Assembly: GCF_006345805.1 (NCBI RefSeq) | Contig: NC_043025.1 | Location: forward strand, 9,796,001 to 9,860,000 | Length of the DNA stretch: 64,000 bases | Reading direction: 5' to 3' | Source: Octopus sinensis | Taxonomy: Eukaryota | The notes under the pieces: generated by a model | Told to the model about the DNA's origin: nothing | Databases searched by the model: none | Seen by the model: the letters and a program-made list of their open reading frames with translations, nothing else | Position numbers and translations under genes: made by a program | Part shown: piece after piece, positions 37,668 to 48,406 of the stretch | Position numbering within the stretch: the stretch's first letter is position 1 | Layout: each line of letters begins with the position of its first letter

Positions 37668-39140
37668 TTTACTACCCACAAGGGGCTAAACATAGAGAGG
37701 ACAAACAAGGACAGACAAACGGATTAAGTCGATTACATCGACCCCAGTGCGCAACTGGTACTTAATTTATCAACCCCGAAAGGATGAAAAGCAAAGTTGA
37801 CCTCGGCAGAATTTGAACTCAGAACGTAACGGCAGACGAAATACCTATTTCTTTACTACCCACAAGGGGCTAAACACAGAGAGGACAAACCAGGACAGAC
37901 AAACGGATTAAGTCGTTACATCGACCCCAGTGCGCAACTGGTACTTAATTTATCAACCCCGAAAGGATGAAAAGCAAAGTTGACCTCGGCAGAATTTGAA
38001 CTCAGAACGTAACGGCAGACGAATACCTCTTTTCTTTACTACCACCAGGGGCTAAACACAGAGAGGACAAACCAGGACAGACAAACGGATTAAGTCGATT
38101 ACATCGACCCCAGTGCGCAACTGGTACTTAATTTATCAACCCCGAAAGGATGAAAAGCAAAGTTGACCTCGGCAGAATTTGAACTCAGAACGTAACGGCA
38201 GACGAAATACCTATTCTTTACTACCCACAAGGGGCTAAACACAGAGAGGACAAACAAGGACAGACAAACGGATTAAGTCGATTACATCGACCCCAGTGCG
38301 CACTGGTACTTAATTATCAACCCCGAAAGGATGAAAAGAAAGTTGACCTCGGCAGAATTTGAACTCAGACGTAACGGCAGACGAAATACCTATTCTTTAC
38401 TACCCACAAGGGGCTAAAAACAGAGAGGACAACAAGGACAGACAAACGGATTAAGTCGTTAATCGACCCCAGTGCGCAACTGGTACTTAATTTATCAACC
38501 CCGAAGGATGAAAAGCAAAGTTGACCTCGGAAGGAGAATTTGAACTCAGAACGTAACGGCAGACGAAATACCTATTTCTTTACTACCCACAAGGGGCTAA
38601 ACACAGAGAGGACAAACAAGGACAGACAAACGGATTAAGTCGATTACATCGACCCCAGTGCGCAACTGGTACTTAATTTATCAACCCCGAAAGGATGAAA
38701 AGCAAAGTTGACCTCGGCAGAATTTGAACTCAGAACGTAACGGCAGACGAAATACCTATTTCTTTACTACCCACAAGGGGCTAAACACAGAGAGGACAAA
38801 CCAGGACAGACAAACGGATTAAGTCGATTACATCGACCCCAGTGCGCAACTGGTACTTAATTTATCAACCCCGAAAGGATGAAAAGCAAAGTTGACCTCG
38901 GCAGAATTTGAGAATCAGAACAGACGAACGCAGACGAATACCTATTTCTTTACTACCCACAAGGGGCTAAACACAGAGAGGACAAACAAGGACAGACAAA
39001 CGGATTAAGTCGATTACATCGACCCCAGTGCGCAACTGGTACTTAATTTATCGACCCCGAAAGGACGAAAGGCAAAGTCAACCTCGGCAGAATTTGAACT
39101 CAGGCATTTCGCCCGGCGTGCCAATGTTTGCCAGCTCACC
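37668..39140 (-). repeat. Tandem array (8 x about 183 bp) of SINE family B
   Basis: Eight ctacccacaaggggctaaac-type anchors at a regular period. Confidence 0.88.
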
Positions 39141-39197
39141 GCCTTCCAAACAAATGTCCTCTACTACAGCTCAGATTGACCAATGCACTGTGAGTGG

Positions 39198-39798
39198 ATG
39201 GAGTGGCTGTGTGGTAAGTAGCTTGTTACCAACCACATGGTTCCGGGTTCAGTCCCACTGCATGGCACCTGGGCAAGTGTCTTCTGCTATAGCCCGGGGC
39301 CGACCAATGCCAGGTGAGTGGATTTGGTAGCGGAAAACGGAAAGAGAAGCCCATCATATATATATATATAAATAGGCATAGGAGTGGCTGTGTGGTAAGT
39401 AGTTTGTTTACCAACCACATGGTTCTGGGTTCAGTCCCACTGCGTGGCACCTTGGGCAAGTGTCTTCTACTATAGCCTTGGGCCGACCAATGCCTTGTGA
39501 GTGGATTTGGTAGAAGGAAACTGAAAGAAGCCCGTCGTATATATGTATATAAATATACATATATTCTTTTATTCTTTTACTTGTTTCAGTCATTTGACTG
39601 TGGCCATGCTGGAGCACCACCTTTTAGTCGAGCAAATTGACCCCCAGGACTTATTCTTATGTAAGCTTAATACTTATTCTATCGGTCTATTTTGCCAAAC
39701 CGCTAAGTGACGGGGACATAAATACACCAGCCTCGGTTGTCAAGCAATGCTAGGGGGACAAACACAAAACACAACAACCACACCGCATATATATATAT

Positions 39799-39857
<59 letters not shown>

Positions 39858-39925
39858 CATATACATATATATACGACGGGCTTCTTTCAGTTTCCGTCAA
39901 CTAAATCCACTCACACGGCTTTGGC
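39198..39925. mobile_element. SINE family A copies (two plus heads, one minus copy)
   Basis: Family motifs present. Confidence 0.72.
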
Positions 39926-40268
39926 TGGATGCCCTTCCTAATGCCAAACATATATATATATATATATATATTTGTTTATATATTTATATGTCGTAAGTGA
40001 ATATAAGGAGGTCTCATACTTATATATATATATGTATGCATGTGTGTAGTGTGTATATATATATAATGTATATATATACAAAATAAGAAAATGGAGGAAT
40101 AGATTCCTTTCAATCATCAACTTCCAGATAATACCAATTCATATAATTTATTCACTAATTAATTAAATAGGAACATCCAAATCCAACAGAATAAGACAGA
40201 ATAAAACAATACACATCAATAAGTAAGACAATACCATAAAAATAATACCTAATCCCTATCTCATTTTG

Positions 40269-40311
<43 letters not shown>

Positions 40312-40375
40312 ATATATATTATATATATTATGTATATATAATTATATATATATATATTATTTATATATATATATG

Positions 40376-40448
<73 letters not shown>

Positions 40449-40522
40449 AATATTAGGGAATAAATCCAAAATTACAGGGAAAAAAAATCAGATTTAGGAT
40501 TAAATCTAATTTTATAGTAAAT

Positions 40523-40566
40523 CCACCTGACGAATGTCATTTGAAGACATGAAACAATTGTAGTGG
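40523..40566 (+). ncRNA. Minimal type-I hammerhead ribozyme motif with canonical core
   Basis: ccac-CTGACGA-atgtc(atttgaa)gacat-GAA-ACAATTGT(palindrome)-A-gtgg; predicted cleavage after GUA at 40562. Confidence 0.8.
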
Positions 40567-40659
40567 CGATTTATTTACTTTATATTAAAATTTTTTATGT
40601 ATTGATTAAGTCTTTCCTTGTTTGATTTGCAAAATAGTGGTTTTGTCTCGAATTAACAT

Positions 40660-40691
<32 letters not shown>

Positions 40692-40713
40692 CATATATAT
40701 ATACATACATATA

Positions 40714-40764
<51 letters not shown>

Positions 40765-40766
40765 CA

Positions 40767-40836
<70 letters not shown>

Positions 40837-40847
40837 CATACATATAT

Positions 40848-40894
<47 letters not shown>

Positions 40895-41068
40895 TTATAT
40901 ATATATATATATACTTTATTTAAAGCAGCAGAAAATTCAACAAAACCTGTTACTCTGAGTTTCCCGTTGCCGTTAAATGAAACATATCACTCTACCACTG
41001 GTATTTGAGTACTCTTTTTTCCACCTTGTTTCACATTTATGTGTTTTACTCCGGTATATATATATATA

Positions 41069-41101
<33 letters not shown>

Positions 41102-41354
41102 GTGTTTGCACAGTTAGATGCGGACTTAATCGTGGTCTGACGGGCATCTTTCTTCATGTTTCCTGAAATTTATATGCTCATCTTTATCAGTATATTTACC
41201 TTCTCTGGGATGTCACTAATTAATTTAAGAACTTTGTATTGTTGGAAAGCATATATGGTCTGCTTGGAATCCTGCTTCAAGTTCCTGGAGCTCACATCTA
41301 TAACTTTATAAGTATATTTACACTCTCTAAAATGTTTGGAAAGCCTATATGGAA

Positions 41355-41438
41355 TTAGCTGAAGATTATTTGACATTATATTTGCTGTAATTTTTGAAGC
41401 TTTAATAAAATGTTTATAGTATGAAACAATTGTACTAA
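41355..41438 (+). ncRNA. Degenerate copy of the 48320 hammerhead family
   Basis: ttag-CTGAAGA-ttat...gtat-GAA-ACAATTGT-A-ctaa; the stem-II closing pair is broken. Flank 41200-41460 is homologous to 47750-47880 plus 48267-48430. Confidence 0.55.
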
Positions 41439-41474
41439 ACTACCGATCCATTCTTGTTGCTTATTTTTTGGTTT

Positions 41475-41593
41475 TATATATATGTGTGGTATATATATAT
41501 ATATATTATATATACATTATATATACATATATAATATACATATCTAATATATATATATATACATATATATACATACATATACATATATATAAC

Positions 41594-41654
<61 letters not shown>

Positions 41655-41947
41655 CATTATATATACATATATATATACATATATATATATATAACATATA
41701 CATATATACATATATACATATATATACATATATATATATACATATATACATATATATACATATATATACATATATATATATATACATATATATACATATA
41801 TATATATATTATATACATATATATACATATATATATATATATATACATATATATACATACATATATATACATATATATACATACATATATATACATATAT
41901 AATACATATATATATATATATATAATATATATATCATATATATATAT

Positions 41948-41978
<31 letters not shown>

Positions 41979-42205
41979 TACACATATATATATATATATA
42001 TATATACATATATATATACATATATATACATATATATATACATATATATACATATATATATATATACAATACATATATATACATATATATACATATATAT
42101 ACACATATATAACATATATATACATATATATACATATATATATACATATATATACATATATATACACATATATATATCTACATATATAATATATATATTA
42201 TTTAC

Positions 42206-42247
<42 letters not shown>

Positions 42248-42260
42248 TTATATATATATT
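41475..42260. repeat. (TA)n/(TACA) low-complexity array
   Basis: Direct inspection; similar tracts at 40270-40445 and 40660-40912. Confidence 0.95.
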
Positions 42261-42749
42261 TGCTTATTTATTTATATATCGTCAGTGAATATAAACCCCC
42301 TGCTCCCCCCCCCCAAGCACACAAGAAAAGGCCGCTTAAGGATTACCTTAGGTCTCTTGTCCATAAATGACCTGGTTTTATAGTTGTGTAACATCAAATC
42401 CTAAAACCTGTTGGCTAAAGGCCTCTTTAGGATATAAAGGAGGAAATGAGCTCATTATACCATGTCAACAAAGGGGTTTGTTTCCCCTCAGCTATGGATC
42501 ATCGATGTCAAGAAAGAGGGTCGTGAATTTCTGGAAATCGATTGCCGGTGACCCTGCTATCTCGTGGGCTCCAATTGGAGAGCTTGAATTTCCTGAAATG
42601 CAAGCATGGAGTTCAGAATGTTCCCTAGGTCGAGGGAATCTTTTAGGATTCTCGCCCTTTCTGCTATCCATAATTTACAGCAGTTATTCCCGTTAATGTA
42701 AGGGCTTGCATGATATTGTGTATGGAATCTCATCTAACTATAAAAGATG

Positions 42750-43420
42750 GGTTACTGCAAATATTCTGCCAAATTCCACAGATTTGCTTGTCAGTTGTTA
42801 GACCAGTGCTTTTCTAACTTTTTGCGGGAGCGGAACCCCAAGGAAACATTCCACTGGCTTGAGGAACCCCTGTGCAATAATCTAATAGTCTTATGCACAC
42901 ATATCTGCACAGGAGAATTAAAAATTACTGCCGATTTTAGCAGTTTTCTAACTTCTTGCAGAACCCCTGCAGTGTACTGGCGGAACCCTAAGGTTGGAAA
43001 CCACTGTGTTAGACCATAACCAGTTGAGCCTGTCCCTTGGTGGTTGACGATACTGCTCACAAGCAGTAGTGAGGGAGCTTCATAGAAATGTGTTGAGAGG
43101 AATTCTTTGGGGTTTGAATAATTCACCTCAGAAAACAAGGGTATTTCATTCAACGTCCTTAAACAGCCCTTACTCAGAGACCTTTTCAGTGGGATAGGCT
43201 TCTCAAGCTGAAGAAAATTCTAACTGGGCTCCACCTGCAAGGTCATCCGCTGTTTATCTTGATATGAACCCATGTCGCGCACATATGGTTGTGATGCATG
43301 TACCTGGTGTACCTTTATCATGACTTACACGCAGTCATGAAGGGTATACTGCGCTTCGTATATTTTACCCCAGTGTCACTTTGATGGCATGCGCTACTCC
43401 TCCCTCACTCAATAATAATA
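42750..43420 (-). mobile_element. Interspersed repeat family D interrupted by a hAT MITE
   Basis: Family match with a nested MITE at 42804-43006. Confidence 0.72.
42804..43006. mobile_element. hAT-type MITE (203 bp) with 8-bp TSD TGTTAGAC
   Basis: Terminal inverted repeats (TIRs) CAGTGCTTTTCTAAC / GTTGGAAACCACTG; TSD at 42796-42803 and 43007-43014. Confidence 0.85.
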
Positions 43421-43869
43421 ATAATAATAATAATAAAATAATAATAATAATAATTTTTTTCTTTATTGCCCACAAGGGGTTACACACAGAGGGGACAAAC
43501 AGGGACAGACAAACGGATTAAATCGATTATATCGACCCAAGTGCGTAACTGGTACTTAATTTATCGACCCCGAAAGGATGAGAGGCAAAGTGGTCCTCGG
43601 CGGAATTTGAACTCAGAAATACCTATTTCTTTACTACCCACAAGGGGCTAAACACAGAGAGGACAAACAAAGGTATTAAGTCAATTACATTGACCCCAGT
43701 GCATAACTGGTACTTAATTTATCGACCCTGACAGGATGAAAGGCAAAGTCGACCTCGGCGGAATTTGAACTTAGAACGTAACGACAGACGAAATACTGCT
43801 AAGCATTTCCTCCGGCAAGCTAACCTAGTTACATGATATGAATCATTTGAAAATTGTTTTAACATTGAA

Positions 43870-44265
43870 CTAGCAGTATCGCCCGGCGTTGCTCAGGTTT
43901 GTAAGGGAAATAACTATATAAGCATTTTTAGAGAGTTATAGCCAAAAAATAGCAAAAAAAATGCATTAAAAATGAAAAAAATTATGGTAAATTTTTTTTA
44001 AATCATTGACTCATCGTAGACATTTTTAGAGAGTTACTTCCCTTATGTAATAGCGAAAAAATGCATTAAAATGGAAAAAAATGATGGTAAATTATTTTTA
44101 AAATCGTAGACTCATCGTAGACGCGCGCTAATACCCAGAAGGGCTCGATATGAATCACGACTATAAGATACCCAGTTCTGGTTAAACTGCATTGCAAAAT
44201 GTGGGAGTAGTTAGGAATCTAAATTGTAGGAGACAGACACACAACTTGACTTTTATATATAAAGA
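43870..44265 (-). mobile_element. Non-autonomous Helitron specific to the right arm
   Basis: taata|TC...CTAG|ttcaatg; empty site taata|ttcaatg at 34225/34226. Confidence 0.88.
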
Positions 44266-44498
44266 TATTAAGAAAATCAACAACAAGTATAATTAAGAGA
44301 ATATCGATTTTATTGATTAATGAATAAAACAAATGATGTTTCTTATTTTTAACGTATCATTTTGATATGATTTAGTCAGTGAATTTGGAGACAGTGTCCA
44401 TAACGTTTTCATACTTTTCAAAATATGATGGAGGGGCAATAACCATGTGATATCAATTAAATGCTTAATACGTAATCATAATTAGTCTTTATTTACTA

Positions 44499-44885
44499 CT
44501 AGCAGTATCGCCCGGCGTTGCTCGGGTTTGTAAGGGAAATAACTATAAAGCATTTTTAGATAGTTATAGCCAAAAAATAGCAAAAAAATGGAAGAAAAAT
44601 AATGGTAAATTTTTTTTGAGAGTTAAAAAAGGTCGAGTTGCGTCCCCTAGACAGTCTGTGGTTTGTGTTTCTGATTCTCGACCCCATGTCGAATTTATCG
44701 ATCTTTTTCAGAACTGGGGGAACTTTTCAAAATTTTCGCTGCGTTAGTTTTGAATTATGACATTGGGCTATGTGTGTATCAAGTTTCATCAGAATCGGTT
44801 GAAAGCCATGGTTAGGGTGAGGGTACAACCTAACAGACACACAGACACACACACAGACAAACTGCCGTTTATATATAGAGAGAGA
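44499..44885 (-). mobile_element. Non-autonomous Helitron (paralog of 33416-33992)
   Basis: TC...CTAG termini at the same insertion site as in the left arm. Confidence 0.8.
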
Positions 44886-45037
44886 TTTTCCGAAGTCGAA
44901 TGTTACTGATAACCCGTGTCATGTACATAAGATTTGTTTTGTGTTGAAGGTCAGGAGATGAGGATAATAAAACCGGCTTCAAGGAAGTTCCACAAAAGTG
45001 CAGTTGAGCGTGAGGAGGACAAGAAAGGGAGAATATC

Positions 45038-46396
45038 TTAAACAAGAAGTTCCTTCGATATTAAATTTAACAAGATTAATAGAATGGCTGGAAATATTGC
45101 GAATGTGGCTGTAGCTGAATTGGGATACAATCTTCCGAATATAACAGCATTAAAAACCTTTTTAACAGGTTCTGTAATTTCTATTTCTCCTCTGTCGTGC
45201 TTCCAAGATGTATTTATATCGTAAGTACTTGAATTAAAAGTCGCAATATGGGGGAAAAAATAAGAAGTATTAAAATTATGAGCTGTCATCTTTAATTTCC
45301 GAAAGCTAACTTCTCCATCGGGGATACCGGCCGGTAAAGACATCAGACATGACATTTTAAAATCTTTGATTGGACATAAAATGCATGATTGCATGTCTAC
45401 ACCCTCTGGATTAGTCAAATCAACAGATTCCTCGTTGGTGATTGCTAAAATATAATTGATATTAAACACTGAGGTTCTGTTAGACATGAATTCATACTGA
45501 AGTGAACAACATGCATTATATTTACACACGCTAACAACGCCCGAATACTTATGAAGCATCACAGCAGATACAGGGAAAAGATTTGTCATGGTTGCTGTTT
45601 TAACGTCGGGGTTGTCTGATTCGGGAACCTTACGTATTGGGGGGCAGGGAAATGTCCTTTTTGACTTTTCAAGATTTTTAACTTGTAACTGAATATATTC
45701 ATCTGAAGGAGCAGGGTTTAAGGGGTTATATACATAACGATTTATTGAGGGTGTGTATATTCCGCTTCCGCCTCGTACGAAATTGTTTATTTTGATATTC
45801 GCAGAAATAAGGTTTATATTAAAGGCTTTGGCAATTGAATTGTGGAATAAGGACGAGAAAAAGAAAGGAGGGGTATCAAACCATAGATTTGGAAAAAGAA
45901 TATTTGAAACTTGATGTTTCATCACTAATTCATTTAGCGAATCATTGAAGTATATATCAAAACATACGATGCTTGCAAAACGGCCAAATGGGGTGTCAAA
46001 CACTCCATATTCTGCAATCTTGGGGGAGTTGTAATAAGGCTCATAAAAAAGATGTTTTTTGTGATATCTAGAAACAAGGGCCCCTTCAGATGAATAGACA
46101 ACATTCGTGTTATATTGGTAACGTCCATCGTAAGGGCAGTTTGCATCATCTGTACGATTGCAGGGTTGTATGTCTCCGACATTGACTACAAGATAAATCT
46201 TGTTCTTTTTGGCAATGCAGCTAATAACTTGCTGAATTTCTGTTCTTGGATAGAGATAAGGTTCATCACATGGAATCCACGGTTTCTCTTTGTTAGGCTC
46301 TGGTATAAGATCGAGAAAGTTCCTAATACCAAGACGAGTGACACCGTCCAAATGTGCAATAAGACCGTTTTCAGGAAATACCAAAATATCCACACC
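45038..46396 (-). CDS. Vanin/biotinidase-like gene copy B, coding exon 2 (452 aa); intact Glu-Lys-Cys triad; C-terminal GPI-type signal
   Basis: Same acceptor as copy A. Motifs VFPE, YHKKHL and SIVCFD (TGT at 45964-45962), FGRLY plus hydrophobic tail. About 520 aa spliced. Confidence 0.93.
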   Translation of the reverse strand, partial: GVDILVFPENGLIAHLDGVTRLGIRNFLDLIPEPNKEKPWIPCDEPYLYPRTEIQQVISCIAKKNKIYLVVNVGDIQPCNRTDDANCPYDGRYQYNTNVVYSSEGALVSRYHKKHLFYEPYYNSPKIAEYGVFDTPFGRFASIVCFDIYFNDSLNELVMKHQVSNILFPNLWFDTPPFFFSSLFHNSIAKAFNINLISANIKINNFVRGGSGIYTPSINRYVYNPLNPAPSDEYIQLQVKNLEKSKRTFPCPPIRKVPESDNPDVKTATMTNLFPVSAVMLHKYSGVVSVCKYNACCSLQYEFMSNRTSVFNINYILAITNEESVDLTNPEGVDMQSCILCPIKDFKMSCLMSLPAGIPDGEVSFRKLKMTAHNFNTSYFFPHIATFNSSTYDINTSWKHDRGEIEITEPVKKVFNAVIFGRLYPNSATATFAIFPAILLILLNLISKELLV

Positions 46397-46435
46397 CTGA
46401 AAATATAAATGCAATATTCATATCAACAACAAAAA

Positions 46436-46473
46436 TACATACACATACATACATACATACATACATACATACA

Positions 46474-46507
<34 letters not shown>

Positions 46508-46620
46508 CATGCACGCATGCATGCATGCATACATACATACATACATACATACATACATACATGCACGCATGCATGCATGCATACATACATACATACATAC
46601 ATACACACACATGTATATAT
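46436..46620 (-). repeat. (TATG)n microsatellite, about 185 bp (paralog of 30565-31875)
   Basis: (CATA)n on plus, just upstream of the copy B acceptor. Confidence 0.95.
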
Positions 46621-47881
46621 ACTTACAAAAGGCAGCAAGCTGGCAGAAACGTTAGCACGCCGGGCGAAATGCGTAGCAGTATTTCGTCTGCCGTTACGTT
46701 CTGAGTTCAAATTCCGGTGAAGTCGACTTTGCCTTTCATCCTTTCGGGGTCGATAAATTAAGTACCAGTTACGAACTGGGGTCGATGGAATGGAATTAAT
46801 CCATTTGTCTGTCCTTGTTTGTCCCCTCTATGTTTAGTCCCTTGTGGGTAGTAAAGAAATATATATATTTACACAAGGGGGTACTGAAAAGTTACTGGGT
46901 TTGGGTAAAATAAAAAAACATGAGGATCAGTTAATTATGATTTTTTTCAACATATTTCCCTCTTAGATTCATACACATATTTCACACCCATATTGCAGCG
47001 GGTTTTCAGTTTTTCAAAGTTCTGTAAAAGGAATTGGAAGATTGAACCTCCAGGTAGGCCTTTCCGGGTTCCCTTAAAGCCAGGAACGCTGAAGGTTCGC
47101 TAACGATTCTGCCAGCTCACTGCCTTTGGATTATATTGATAAATGCTATATATATATATAGTAAGAAAGATTAGCAGTTTATATGAAACTGTTAATCATA
47201 TAAACTGCTAATCTTTCTTAATTCTATTCTAAATTTAATATGTAACACTATTCCCTTAATGATACATTTATTTTCACTATAAATTTTGAATAAGTAAAAT
47301 TCCCCTACAAATTGCTATTGAATTTATTTGACCTCTAGATGTTGACCTAAATTCTTTCTTACAATATATAAACATAAGTTAAAATAGAAACAATAATAAA
47401 TAAAAAACCTTCTATTCTAGTGTTACCCTTAACTTTCTTACTGTATCTTCCTCTACTGATAACCGATGACCCCTTTAGTGTTTTCCTTTGATCTCTCTGT
47501 ATTCTTTATCCTACCATTAACTCTGTGAGTTTCTAAGTTCAGAGCTGGCGGTGGTCAAACTTACTGTTCTTTTATGAATTTAAGATTCCTTCAACACTGA
47601 CCTAGATTTTCTGTCACCACAGAAACAGACTAACCTTTGTCTGTGGAATCTTTATTCCCTCTTACTCCCCCACTCCTTTCCTCCCATAATGTCCTTTACT
47701 TTGGTTCCAGTATCTTTCCTCATGTCTCCTGGAACTTATATCTGCATCTTTATGGATGGATTTACCTTCTCAGAGGAGTTAATAATCATTTTAAAAACAT
47801 TTTTTAAATAACTGTGCATCGTTGGAAAACATATAAAGTCTGCTTATTACCTTACTTCAAATTCATAGAACTCACTCTGAA

Positions 47882-48266
47882 TCTCTCTATATATAAACGG
47901 CAGTTTGTCTGTGCGTGTTTCTGTGTGTCTGTTTGCTTGTACCCTCACCCTGACCACGGCTTTCAACCGATTCTGATGAAACTTGATACACACATAGCCC
48001 AATGTCATAATTCAAAACTAACGCAGCCAAAATTTTGAAAAGTTCCCCCAGTTCTGAAAAAAATCGATAAATTCGACATGGGGTCGAGAATCAGAAACAC
48101 GAACCACAAACTGTCTAGGGGACGCAACTCCACCTTTTTTAAATCTCAAAAAAAAATTTACCATCATTTTTTTCCATTTTTTTGCTATTTTTTGGCTATA
48201 ACTCTCTAAAAATGCTTTATAGTTATTTCCCTTACAAACCTGAGCAACGCCGGGCGATACTGCTAG
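47882..48266 (+). mobile_element. Non-autonomous Helitron in copy B intron
   Basis: A|TCTCTC...gcaacgccgggcgatactgCTAG|T. Confidence 0.82.
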
Positions 48267-48319
48267 TACTTCATAAGGATATTTACACTCTCTAGGATGT
48301 TTGGAAAACCTATATGTGA

Positions 48320-48406
48320 TTTAGCTGATGAATACTTGACATTATATTTGCTGTAATATTTGCAGCTTCAAATAAAATGTTCTTAGTATGAAACAATTGT
48401 ACTAAA
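48320..48406 (+). ncRNA. Type-I hammerhead motif with canonical core and long stem-II loop
   Basis: tttag-CTGATGA-atac(50-nt loop containing AATAAA)gtat-GAA-ACAATTGT-A-ctaaa. Confidence 0.72.

Noticed and set aside
41170-41376. ORF with KHFREC resembling a Penelope GIY-YIG tail
   Set aside because: Too short and degenerate to support a protein-family call by eye.
39700-42260. YI/IY-rich ORFs
   Set aside because: (TA)n low-complexity sequence.
34287-43822. Mirror order SINE B - (ATT)n - family D suggesting the inverted duplication extends further inward
   Set aside because: Junction and flanking sequences differ, and both repeats are common; probably independent insertions.
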